DNA from: Eledone cirrhosa | Lineage: Eukaryota | Direction of reading: 5' to 3' | Length of the DNA: 64,000 nucleotides | NCBI GenBank assembly: GCA_964016885.1 | Contig: CAXHJY010000192.1 | Coordinates: 1 to 64,000, forward strand | Part shown: positions 49,147-61,807 of the stretch, in pieces | Layout of the letters: each line of letters begins with the position of its first letter | Numbering within the stretch: position 1 is the stretch's first letter | Program-made: the position numbers and the translations under genes | Notes under the pieces: generated by a model | What the model saw: the letters and a program-made list of their open reading frames with translations, nothing else | Database searches by the model: none | What the model was told of the DNA's origin: nothing

Positions 49147-49651
49147 GATATAACATCATCATCATCGTTTAACGTCCATCTTCCACGCTTGCATGGGTTT
49201 GTACGGGAGTTTTCCCACTTGAAGCAAGAGTGGTTGTCTTGCTCGTATAGGACTGTCTGGCGGGTTTTCTACGGCTGGATGCCCTTCCTAACACCAACCA
49301 CGTTTACAGTGTGGAACTGGGAGGTTTTTACCGTGTTACCTACACGGCCACATTACAGTGTGGACTGTGTGTTTTTTTGTCATGACACCTACACAACCTC
49401 ATTTATTTCGGACTGGATGTTGTGGTACCAACATAACTACATAAAGGGGTGGTGTGGATGGGGTGGGGGTAGTGGGACAGGGGTGTATTTTTGTTAGAGG
49501 TGCCTACTGACTGTAGTAGGTTTCACTTTGTACTTAGGTAAGGCGGGTCTTCTGTATTACTGTTCTTTAATATTCCAAACAAATATATACCAGTAATACG
49601 ATGGTAATTATTTACAAAATATAACACTGCCATACAGATATAGCTACATAT

Positions 49652-49769
<118 letters not shown>

Positions 49770-50361
49770 CGCGCGTGTGCGTGTATGTATAAATATATAT
49801 ATATATATATAACGGTTCTTTAATATTTCAAACAAACGAAAGTAGCAACTGGCAGAGGTGAGCGAAGAAGAAATATACAAACCAGATGAGTAAACATGAA
49901 TGGAAATAGAAATACCATGTGCGTGTGTGTGTGTGTGTGCATAAAACAAAGCAAGTGTGATAAGGAACCAGGTGGACCATGACACACCAGAGTACTCGAA
50001 TAGTAGAGTGGGTAATAATATATGTATATATAGTCATTCCTAATGATTTCATACGAATGAAACAGTTCTAGTCCTGTAGAAGTCCTCTCAGTCCTTTAAT
50101 ATTCCCAGTAAACGAAATGCTTTTGTGATCTTCTCCACGGCGGCGAGAAGTCCCTTACAAGGCCACGTCCCAGAATCCTTGCTTTTTCCCTCCTTTTAGG
50201 CTTTCATAGGTCCTATCCTCTACAGCCAGCTCTGCCCTTCATTACCTCTTGTATCTTTCTTTCTCATATTTATTTATTTATCTTTTAAGAATGTATTAAT
50301 ATGAATGGTTTACCTTTTTAGATATAGATGAACGGGCACGGGGGAACGTATAACCATAATA

Positions 50362-50402
<41 letters not shown>

Positions 50403-51098
50403 TCTTTATTAGCCACAGGGGCACAAAAGAAGGGGACAAATACAAAGGGGGAAGTTTACATACAATAAAAACGTGTAAAATACTATCACAAATGCAATTT
50501 AAAAATTAATCAATTTTCCCCAATAGGGGGAGACATTTCATATGGGTAACACATACCCCCGAAAATAATGTGCAACCCTCATCTCCAGGAGTACGAATAT
50601 ATATATAGAGAGAGATAGATAGATAGAGAGAGAAAGAGAGATATATAGATATATAATGTATATAACTGTTTCTACTTTTGGCACAAGGCTAGCAATTATC
50701 TCAATACATTACTGGTACTTTATTTTAACAACCGCGTAAGGATGAAAGGCAAAGTTATATAATATACACACACACATATATATATAATAATATACACATA
50801 CATATATATATAATATACACACATACATATATATATAATATACACACATACATATATATATAATATACACACATACATATATATATAATATACACACACA
50901 CATAATAATACACACACACACATATAATAATACACACACACATATAATACACACACAAACACATATAATACACACACAAACACATATAATAATACACACA
51001 CACACATAATAATACACACACACACATAATAATACACACACACACATAATAATACACACACACACATAATAATACACACACACATATATATATATATA

Positions 51099-51530
51099 TT
51101 ATTCTAAATATTAATAAATAAAGACATTCACATAATCAAAATATATGTTTTATTATATACATTTCGAAGGTACTGTGCTGTTTTTTCAGTATGTCCTCGT
51201 CAGATAAAATACATGAATTGATGTATGACATACCTTAACTGTGCTGATGGTTCAATTCCAGTTTTGGCAGTAAAATTGAACCATCAAGACCATTGAGGTA
51301 TGTCATACATCAATTCATGTATTTTATCTGACGAGGACGTACTGGAAAAACAGCACAGTACCTTCGAAATGTATATAATAAAACATATATTTTGATTATG
51401 TGAATGTCTTTATTTATTAATATTCTGAATAATATTAATAACTCCAGAAAACTTTCTCGTAGAGTGCTTTTAATCTATTGTAAAACTATATTCATTGAGT
51501 AATCAATGAACCATATTAATCTTTGGTTAT
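51099..51530. mobile_element. Fold-back Penelope-like remnant in (TA)n with a hammerhead motif in each arm (related copy 58770-59077)
   Basis: Arms about 51099-51238 and 51293-51432 are reverse complements. The Penelope assignment is inferred from the inverted arrangement plus hammerheads. Confidence 0.65.
51322..51383 (+). ncRNA. Candidate type-I hammerhead (mirror copy 51148-51209 minus)
   Basis: UUUUAU CUGACGA [GGAC GUACUG..CAGUAC CUUC] GAAA UGUAUA UA AUAAAA; perfect 6-bp stem I. Confidence 0.65.
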
Positions 51531-52212
51531 ATATATATATATAAGTTGGTGTTATATATATATATATATATATTTATATATACAATATTAAATATTTATA
51601 TATATATATATATATATATATAACGAAGGAATTGTGGTAAGGAACCAGATGGACCATAACGCACCAGAGTACTCAATACTTAGGGTAGTAGAGTGGGAAA
51701 TAGGCTCTGCCGTCGGGGTCACACTTTTTCCTATATATATATAGTGAAGGCGTGTGGCTGAGTGGTTAGAGAATTGGATTCGCAATCATAAGGTTGTGAG
51801 TTCGATTCCTGGACCAGGCGATGCGTTATGTCCTTGGGCAAGACACTTTATTTCACGTTGCTCCTTCTACCTGGAGTTGCGACCGATAGATAGTATTAGC
51901 AATTGGAAAGACCAACGGAAACATTGTTCCCTCGGTCCGATTTGACGAAAGTCGATCGTTCCTATATATATATATATATATAGTAATAACTGTTTCTACT
52001 TTTGGCACAAGGCCAGCAATTACTCAGTGCATTACTGGTACTTTATTTTATCGACCCCGTAAGGATGAAAGGCAAAGTTAACCTCGGCGGGATTTGAACT
52101 CAGACCATAAAGGGACGTAACTATATAGTAATAATAATTACGAAGACCCAAATCCGAAGAGAGCCCCAATAAGTATTGTATACAAAAACCCGTAGAACAA
52201 ATATTTATTATA

Positions 52213-52263
<51 letters not shown>

Positions 52264-52530
52264 TATATACGGGCTTCGCTTCGGATGGACAGGCATAAAT
52301 GACCTTTAACCATAATATATGACATAAAGTATATAATATAATTATAAATAAACAATACTAAAACACACTTTCGTAATGTGTGTATAGATATAGATATATA
52401 GATATATATGTGTGTGTATATGTATGTATATATCAATAATATGAATGGGCTCGTTTGAAATGGATGGGCATGAGGGTATTAAAACCAGAATGTGTATATA
52501 TATATATGTGTGTGTGTGCATATGTATATG

Positions 52531-52565
<35 letters not shown>

Positions 52566-52747
52566 ATGTATATGTGTATATATGTATATATATATGTGTG
52601 TGTGTGTGTGTATGTATATATCAATAATATGAATGGGCTCGTTTGAAATGGATGGGCATGAGGGTATTATAACCATAATATACTAATATAATATATATAT
52701 TATATACAATATATATAATATATATATCAATAATATGAAAGGTTTAC

Positions 52748-53055
52748 CTTTTGAGACACAGATGGACGGGCAGGAGGGACCTATAACCACGTACAATATA
52801 CTGGTTGATCCTTAGAAAATCGGGTATTTCATGGTCCCTGTATAAGGATATTTCCCTGGCATCTTTAATATTGATGTCATTTTTGGTGTTTCTCTTCTTT
52901 CTGTCCACCATCATTATTTGTCGACTGCAACAACAGAGCAGACAAGAAGATAATGACGATGGCGATGAAGATAAACTCTCGGCATCCACCTCAAGGTCCA
53001 AGATAACAATGCTGTTCGTCGAGCAACCACCGTCGTCTGCAATCTCAGCCGCCAT
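52748..53055 (-). CDS. PAQR3: PAQR3-like progestin/adipoQ receptor, coding exon 1
   Basis: MAAEIADD...LYRDHEIPDFLRINQYIVRGYRSLLPVHLCLK carries the PAQR N-terminal P.FL..N.YI..GYR motif. Donor AAAAG|GTAAAC at 52748/52747, phase 2. Start is uncertain: AAAAACATGG at 53055 has the best context; other in-frame ATGs at 53064, 53091 and 53142. Confidence 0.85.
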
Positions 53056-53084
53056 GTTTTTCATGTCTGCCGGTGTGTGTGTGT

Positions 53085-53710
53085 GTGTCATTGGAACGGT
53101 GTCAATAGTGTGATTATATCTGTATATGTGTGCGTGTGTCATCGAAACGGTGTCAATAGTGTGTTTGTGTGTGTATAGATATATGTGTGTGTGCGCGTGT
53201 CATTGAAACGGTGTCGATAGTGTGTTTATCTCTGTATGTGTGTGCGTGTATTATTATATATGTGTCATTGAAACGGTGTCGATAGTGTGTTTATATCTGT
53301 ATATGTGTGTGTCATTGAAACGGTGTCAATAGTGTGTTTATATCTGTATATGTGTGTGTGTCATTGAAACGGTGTCGATGGTGTGTTTATATCTGTATAT
53401 GTGTGTGTGTGTATTATTATATATCTGTCATTGAAACGGTGTTGATAGTGTGTTTGTATGTATATATATATATGTGTGTGTGTGTATGTGTGCGTGTCAT
53501 TGAAACGGTGTCGATAGTGTGTTTATATGTATATGTGTGTTTAAACGGTGTCGATAGTGTGTGTTTATGTGTATATGTGTGTGTGTGTGTATATATGGTA
53601 TATGTGTGTATGTATTAAAAGGTTGTCTATAGTATTTGTATATGTGTAAACGTTATCTATAGTGTGTTTGTGTGTACTTGTACGTGCTCGTGTGTAAACG
53701 TTGTCTATGG
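53085..53710. repeat. Minisatellite with a conserved core and variable (GT)n/(TA)n linkers, directly upstream of the PAQR3 start
   Basis: Core GTCATTGAAACGGTGTCGATAGTGTGTT, 8 good and 4 decayed copies. Confidence 0.9.
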
Positions 53711-54483
53711 TGCATTCCTGCGTGTGTTTATATATATTTATATATATGTGTGTGTATATATATATATAGTGCAAATTTAGACGGGAACAAAACAGAGAGG
53801 GAGACAAATAAAGGTTTATTAGGTTCACAGGTATATATATATATATACCTGTGTATGTGTATGTATGTATATATATATATATATATATGTGTGTGTATGT
53901 ATGTATATATACGTGTGTATGTGTATATATGTGTGTATATGTGTGTGTGTATAGGTATGTGTATATATATATATATGTGTGTGTAGATATGTGTATATAC
54001 ATATATATATATACGTGTGTATGTGTATATATGTATGTATGTATATATATATATATATGTGTGTGTGTGTAGGTATGTGTATGATACATAGATATATAGG
54101 TATATGTATTGTAAGAAGCTTGTATGCGGTGTACGTATGTGTTTAATTGAGTGTTAATAAAATCTATAAATGTGTCTGTACGTTAATTTCTGTATGTATA
54201 TATGAAGTATGTACGCAAGCATCTATGCGTATTTTAAGTTGATGGAAAGAGATGGGTAGGGGTAAGATGTACTTTATGTTTTATATAGGTTCTAATAATA
54301 TTTATTGATGTAACTCAGCACTTCAAGTATTGTGTCTCCTTGTCAGCAGAAGATGCCGGTCTAGAGTTCTGGGAGAAATTCACCCATTTCCTCAACCTGC
54401 TCTCGTCCGAAAATGTCCTCTCTTATATACGTCCCCTGTTTTTTTTTTCACCCAACGGTGACCTCCATCCCATAACAGTTGGG

Positions 54484-54655
54484 TGAAGGCGCATGGCTTA
54501 GTGGTTAGAGCATTGGGCTTGCAATCGAAAGATTGTGATTTCAATTCTCGGACCGGTGATGTCTTGTGTCCTTGAGCAAGGCACTTTATTTCACGTTGCT
54601 CCAGTTTACTCAGCTGTAGAAATGAGATGATAGGACTGGGGTCCCTATCATTAAA
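54484..54655 (+). mobile_element. CORE-type SINE 5' part (also 51745-51865 plus, 48740-48830 minus)
   Basis: tRNA-like head plus CORE, as in 61808-62195. Confidence 0.8.
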
Positions 54656-55009
54656 TCGTCCAAGACACCTCCAACGAGATATACCTTGGAGGAGGCCAGC
54701 TAAACCTGCATAGGTGTGAGCTGTCACACACACACACACACACATAGCAGTTAGACGGCTCATTGCAACGGCTCTCTGTGGGAATACTTTTGCCGTCTTG
54801 TTCGCGGGGCGTAGCACTTCTGCCCTCTTTCCTGAGACCCAAAGTCATATCACCCTCCCCTCTCTTCTGCGACACCAGTGCTCTTACCATTCCCTTCCCT
54901 TTCCGTTCTTTTTCTTCTTTCTCTCTTTTTTCTCTATATTTCCCTATTCTTTCTTTCCTTCCGTTTCCCTTTTTTATATTATTGCCGTTATTACATACCT
55001 GCCGTGATC

Positions 55010-56000
55010 TGTTCTTGGTCCCCTTTTGTTTGTGGCATATATTAATGACATAGATGCCAACTTAAAGAATGCCACGGTATTGAAATATGCAGATGACATC
55101 AAGCTGTACTTTGAAATCAAAAGGACTGATCCTGAAATCTACAACTCTTTCCTACAATCAAACCTGGACACAATGCAGCAATGGATCACAGACTGGCAAC
55201 TGAAGCTGGCTGTGGACAAGTGTACCACCATGCATTTTTGGAGGAAAAATCCAGCGTCCACATACTCCCTCCACAACACTGATATCAAGAAGTCCTCTTG
55301 TGAACGTGACCTGGGCATTACTGTCAGCAGCGATTTGCGTTGGACAAAGCATGTCTCTAAGATTGTCAAGAAGGCCGAGGGTGTCTTGGCATCACTCAGC
55401 AAGACCTTTGTTAGCCGCTCTCCAGCCATCTATTTAAAGCTGTATACAGCTATGGTACGACCACACTTGGAATTCGCATCATCAGTCTGGAACCCCTATC
55501 TTGCTCAGAACATTGACCTCCTGGAAACTATTCAGAGACGTGCAACCAAACGCATACCCTCCATCAGGCACCTACCATACTCTGAACGCCTTGCTTCTCG
55601 GGGCATGGATTCATTGAAGCTCCGACGTCTGGCAATGGACTTGGTAAACACCCACAAAGTTATTAACCATCTCGCCAACAACCCTGAGCACCTTTTTGAT
55701 CTCCATGTGTCTAACACATGTGGACATGCCTACAAAGTCAGAAAACAGCACAGCTCCCATAACTTTCGGAAACATTTTTTCACGCTCAGAGTTGCTGAAG
55801 CATGGAACAAACTGCCTGCGTCAGTTGTTAGCTGCCGAGACACTGCATCCTTTAAGACCCTCATGCTTCCCGAAATTCGCCAAAACTACACCTGATGTAC
55901 CCCTTCCATACACATGCACACATGTGTATATCATGACTCATGCACTGTTCATTTTCCTGACGTTTGATGAGTTGTAGTGCACATTATTATTATTATTATT
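55010..56000 (+). mobile_element. 5'-truncated CR1-like LINE (RT C-terminal half with open frame, 3'UTR, (ATT)n tail)
   Basis: GPLLFVAYIND, KYADDIKL, ERDLGI, VRPHLEFASSVWNPY, QRRATK, WNKLP. Confidence 0.92.
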
Positions 56001-56825
56001 ATAGTTGTCATTAGGGTGAAGAGGGAAGTGGTGCCTTCCAGCCAATTTGTTGAAAGGTGGGTGAGAGAGGCAAGAATGGCTCGTGCGAATGGGTCTGCCC
56101 TGAGCGTGTGCCTGTAGCATCGTAGGAGGAAGACTGGAAGAGGGTGCTTGCCCTAACAGTCAGGGTAACCGTGGCTTTTTTGTGGGCTTTCTCCATGAGT
56201 GACCCTCGGAAGTCCCTCCCACCTATTGAGGAATTTTTCCTTGTTTCTTTTTTATACATATAATTTTTTTTTTTTTTTTTACATGCAGAAATATCCATTT
56301 GTACCGTCCTGTGCTGTCCTTGATGTTATACTTTATGTCAACCCTTGTGGTTAATAAAGAAACCCGGTAGAGCGTCAGACACCATGCTTTGTAGCATAGA
56401 GTTACGGCCCTTTATGATCTGAGTTCAAATCCCGCCGAGGTTAACTTTGCCTTTCACCCTTACGGGGTCGATAAAATAAAGTACCAGTAATACACTGGGA
56501 TAATTGCTGGCCTTGTGCCAAAAAGTAGAAACAATTATTATTGTAATTATTGTTACTATAAATAATAAGTTTATTATTGCATGTCTGTCTTCGATCTCAG
56601 ACAGCCCTGTCCGACGGATTTTGTGGCTCTTGTTGCACCACTAATTGATTTGACAGATGTCAATAACTTATTGATACCAAAATGTCTTTGACCAGAGCCT
56701 GACATTTCTCAGTCACTCATAAAATGGCTGGTTTGTATACTTTGACTTATTCTTTGAATTAATTTGTATTCACCATTCCATCCGTAATCTATATGTTCTT
56801 CACCCCCTACTGGTTTCATGTCCCC

Positions 56826-57090
56826 AGTGACTGGGGTTTTATTTTGTGCCTCCTTTGTTCTGTCCTACACCAAACAAGAACAAAGGAGAGACACAAAATA
56901 AAATCCTAGTCACTGAGGCGGTCACAGAATGTGTGACGAAAGAGCTTTGACAATATATAAACAAGCAACTGGCTGGCTGGTTGGTTTTATTCGATAACCG
57001 GATTGTTGTTTATATATTGTCAAAGCTCTTTCATCACAGATTCTGTGACCTTCTCAGTGACTAGGATTTTATTTTGTGTCTCTCCTTTGT
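56826..57090. repeat. Triple inverted/direct repeat fold-back element
   Basis: 56880-56965 is the reverse complement of 57005-57090; a partial third copy lies at 56826-56860. Confidence 0.85.
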
Positions 57091-57299
57091 ACAGAGTCAC
57101 TTATAACACACTACAGAACACCCTACCCTCTGCCCCCTACCCCTACCCACCACCCCAACCCAAACCTACTTCTCTTTAAATTACCTGATTAATTAAGTTT
57201 TATTAATTGAAAAAACAATTAAATATTGATCAACTATCTTTCAACGAGGAATGAGAGCTACTGAAGAGGGGCGTGGCGACACAACAAAATAGGTTATCA

Positions 57300-57347
57300 A
57301 TTTATGTATATATGTATACATATATACATATATGTCTGTATATACAC

Positions 57348-57379
<32 letters not shown>

Positions 57380-57780
57380 ATACATATATGTATGTGTGTG
57401 TGTATATATACATATATACATACACAGATATATGTAGACATATATACATACATATATATATACATCCATACATATATATATATATACATACACAGATAGA
57501 TGTATACATATATATATATGTCTGTATATATACATATATATATATGTGTGTGTGTGTATACATATATGTATGCGTGTATATATACATACACAGATATATG
57601 TATAATATATGTATACATATATATATATACATACATATATACATCCATACATATATATATATATATACATACATACACATATACATCCATACATATATGG
57701 ATATATATATATGTATATATATATATGTATACATATATCTGTGTATGTATATATGTATATATACATACACAGATAGATGT

Positions 57781-57856
<76 letters not shown>

Positions 57857-57897
57857 GTATATATATACATACATACATACATACATACATACATACA

Positions 57898-57955
<58 letters not shown>
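57300..57955. repeat. Mixed TA/CA/TACA microsatellite
   Basis: Directly visible. Confidence 0.9.
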
Positions 57956-57957
<2 letters not shown>

Positions 57958-58041
57958 AAAGGTAAACAGAAATAACAACACAATCGGTACAGTATATGGA
58001 AGGGATATATTAGGTTAACGCTTGAAATAGCAGGAAGGGGG

Positions 58042-58080
58042 TTTTAACGTTTCGGACGCTAGTCCTTCATCAGAAGAAAA
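58042..58080 (-). ncRNA. Candidate minimal hammerhead
   Basis: UU CUGAUGA A GGAC UAGC GUCC GAAACGUUA AAA; palindromic AACGUU stem III, weak stem I. Confidence 0.6.
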
Positions 58081-58819
58081 AATGAGAAATAAAATAGATT
58101 GAGGGGACGGGCGGGATGGAATTGGAAAAAAATGTCTTTAGATAAAAATAACAGGTCCATTCATGTTGACATCTCTTGACATACATACATATTATCGTGA
58201 AACATACATGTAACATACATGTAACGTGTTAATTTAGCAGAAAAGTTCATAGGCTGATTATGAAAGAGTGATGCAAGAGCTGTGAAATCTTGCATCATCA
58301 ATTACAACTCTTCTTAATAACCACATTGTTTCTTTCCAGGGACTATGTTGAAAAATAAACCTCATTTTGGTCATTTCATGAGAGTATCTTGGTCAGCCTA
58401 TGAATTTTCTTCCAGTTCTCGTATATAAACGATATTAGATACATTTCTCGTTTTTTCTCGCTGTTAACCAGCTCTACATTGAACGAATTAAATAAATAAT
58501 TATATGGATAGATGAATTATTTACTTAATAAAGATTATGTCTAGACTAGAAGTATGAATGCACTCATTTTAGTAATTCCAGTTTGAGTCGACAAATGTGT
58601 GGCAAGGGAGATAATTACGTTTTTATTGACTTGTTTCGTTTGTAAATCATATTTATTGCATAAATTGTGTTTATGTTAATAAACAAATAATGTCTATTCT
58701 TCTCTTTTTCTCTTACGTATATTTAGTAGTTTTTATATGTATAAGTTAAAAATTATATATATATATAATATTATTCAAAATATTAACAAATGAAGATATT
58801 TACATAATCAAAATATATG

Positions 58820-58881
58820 CTTTATTATATATATTTCAAAGGTGCTGTGTTGTTTTTTCAGTACGTCTTCATCAGATAAAA
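58820..58881 (-). ncRNA. Candidate type-I hammerhead (51-kb family)
   Basis: UUUUAU CUGAUGA ... GAAA UAUAUA UA AUAAAG; stem II is more decayed. Confidence 0.5.
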
Positions 58882-59074
58882 TATATGATTTGATATATGA
58901 CATACCGCTACGGTCTTGATTTTACAAAGCATATATTTTGATTATGTGAATATCTTTCATTTGTTAATATTTTGAATAATATTAAAAACTCCAGGAAACT
59001 TTTCTTGTTGAGCGCTTTTAATCTATTGTAAAATTGTATTCATTGAATAATCAACGAATCATATTAATCTTTGG

Positions 59075-59150
<76 letters not shown>

Positions 59151-59293
59151 GTTAAAATACTGGAGCGTGTTGGAGTTAAACACCCTCTTCGTATTATAGA
59201 AATGACAGTAAAAGGTATAGCTCAATGTAATTAAACAGAGCCGAAGAATTATGAAAGTAAAACAAAGAAGCCTTCAATACATCAAAAGTCTTT

Positions 59294-59338
59294 ATTAGCC
59301 AACAATGTTTCGTCCTATTAAGGACTCATCAGGGCAAT
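59294..59338 (-). ncRNA. Candidate canonical minimal hammerhead
   Basis: AUUGCC CUGAUGA GUCCU UAAU AGGAC GAAAC AUU GUU GGC(U)AAU. Confidence 0.75.
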
Positions 59339-59541
59339 TAAAACAACAAGAAGTATTATCGGCCAATACAAGCCGGAAACATCTTCTTTGTTATATATAT
59401 ATATATATAACAAAGATGTGGTAAGATACCAGGTGGACCATAACGCACCAGAATGCTCAATACTCAATAGTCATCAGGGACCTGACCCTTTTCCTATACA
59501 TATATATATAATTAGAAAGTGAACAACACAAAATATAACTA

Positions 59542-59609
59542 CTCCATTACCAAAGGTTTCTGGATCCCAGACAATATTAATATACGTCTGGATCGGTCAT
59601 CAGACAGAG
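59542..59609 (-). ncRNA. Candidate type-I hammerhead with long stem II
   Basis: CUCUGU CUGAUGA CC GAUCC AGAC...GUCU G GGAUC CA GAAAC C UUU G GUA AUGGAG. Confidence 0.65.
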
Positions 59610-59695
59610 ATGTTATTCACTTTTTAACTAAATAGCTCTGTTTTATACATAGAGCACTCTTTTTTTCCTTTGCTTTTTCTTCGGAATGACCTAAC

Positions 59696-59768
<73 letters not shown>

Positions 59769-60030
59769 AAAAGAGTCAGTATTAAATATATATATATTTG
59801 ATATAGAAATGGCTTCTACAGGACTAGAACTGTTTCATTCGGAAATCATCAGGAAGCACTGGGCTTCCTGTAGAAGCCATTTCTGTATTAAATATTTAAA
59901 CTCTGCTATGTATTAAGTACCTTACTTACTGTGGTTACCCCCGATTGAACCCGGGATAAACGTATCTCAAGCGTGAACCTAATACCAACACTGTTCGTAA
60001 CTGCACCCCTTGTTTTTGTTTTGTTCTTTG

Positions 60031-60100
<70 letters not shown>

Positions 60101-61807
60101 CAAATATACTAATATACCCAACTATAGTATGCAGTGTGTATATATTGACTTTCCCCTCCCTAAAACTTGTTGGCCATGTTCCAAATTCAGAAACCATTAT
60201 TTTCTATTTCCCCATATGTAATTTTTTAATGTTTTCAAAAAATCTGAGCTCCAAACCCAAAAGGACTGGTGGTTTTCTTTTTTTTTGGGGGGGGGGAGAA
60301 CGGGAGGAGGGGACACTCAGAGTTTTTCACCTTCGAGGTTTTCTTTACAATAACTACTTTCCTTTTTTTTTTCGTATGTTTTCATCGAATTTGTCCCTCC
60401 ACTCATAGTTTTCTATAATAAAAAAAACTAGTGTTCAGAGAGCGATTGTAGATTTATCAAAATTTGACATGGAGGGAATTCTAGAGAACAAGCGTAGTCC
60501 CTTGTGAATTGGCTTCTGTTTTTATTTTTGTGTGTGTTTTTTCCAGGCACAGACCACCTAAGATTACATTGTCTACTGTATTGTTGTTACAGTTATTGTT
60601 TTCTAAAACGTTAGAAAATAATTTGTGTGAAATTTGGCTGCTATTTCTAACAGGTTTGACGATTGCATAAAAGCTCAGTCGTTGGTTCTGTTTAATTAAA
60701 TAATTGTTTCTACTTTTGGCACAAGGCCAGCAATTACCCAGTGCATTACTGGTACTCTATTTTATCGACCCCGTAAGGATGAAAGGCAAAGTTAACCTCA
60801 GCGGGATTTGAACTCAAACCGTAAAGAGACGAAACTATGCTAGAAAGCATGGCGTCCAACCCTCTACCGATACTGCCAATTCACCACCCTGTTTAATTAA
60901 ATAATTGTTTCTAATTTTGGCACAAGGCCATCAATTACTCAGTAAATTACTGGTACTTTATTTTATCGATCCCGTAAGGATAAAAGGCAAAGTTAACCTC
61001 GGCGAATTAAATAATAAACTATGGAAATATTGTTATATTTGGGGAGAGTCACGTTCCTCTAATATTGCCCAGAAGAATATAGTAAAACACACTCACTCAC
61101 ATTGAGTGTTTAACTACATATTTTTGGCAATATTAGAATATGACCCTCCTCAAATATAACAATATGTTTCAATACACGATTTCATATCAAAAACCTTGCA
61201 AAACGAATACAAACTAAGGGAAATAACTTCCCAAAGGGAAGTAACTTTTAAAAATTCTTCGGAGAGCTTTTACGTGAGTATTGAAATTGCTAGAAATAGC
61301 AGCCAAATTGTCTTCAGAACATTACGCCCTAGTATTTAAAAGAAAATAAAGCTGAACAAATGTGTTCCCTGATATACATAATGATGGGATGGTCAATACT
61401 GGAACACTGTTGAACAGAGCTGACTTCGTCTAAACAATAACATAATCCATGGATTTGTTCCAAGCGTAATATAATTGTCCAGTGGATACCATGAGACGGT
61501 CAGCACATGGTCTCTCAAACACTAGAGAACGCTCCTTTCCTCTTCACCGTCTGGTCCCGTATCATAGCGATGCTGTTTTGTTTTTTTCGTTTTTTTTTAT
61601 TTATTATTTTTGCAATATTTACATGTAGACGAGGAGTGTGCAGCATATTCCATTGGTGGGCCACTTTTGAACATTGGAACAACTATTAGGGCCAACCACT
61701 GTCAAAAATATGTAATATAAGGAAAACCAATGAATTGAGTCATAAATACATTGTGGATACATTTTGAAACGATAAAGACAAATAAAATATAATTTAGTTT
61801 TATTAAT

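Noticed and set aside
53085-53560. CRISPR-like array (constant repeat containing ATTGAAAC with variable spacers)
   Set aside because: Spacers are low-complexity GT/TA runs related to each other, there are no cas genes, and the context is an intron-containing animal locus.
57255-57295. CTGAAGA and TCATCAG (59471) partial hammerhead cores
   Set aside because: No correctly placed stem II, GAAA or cleavage triplet.
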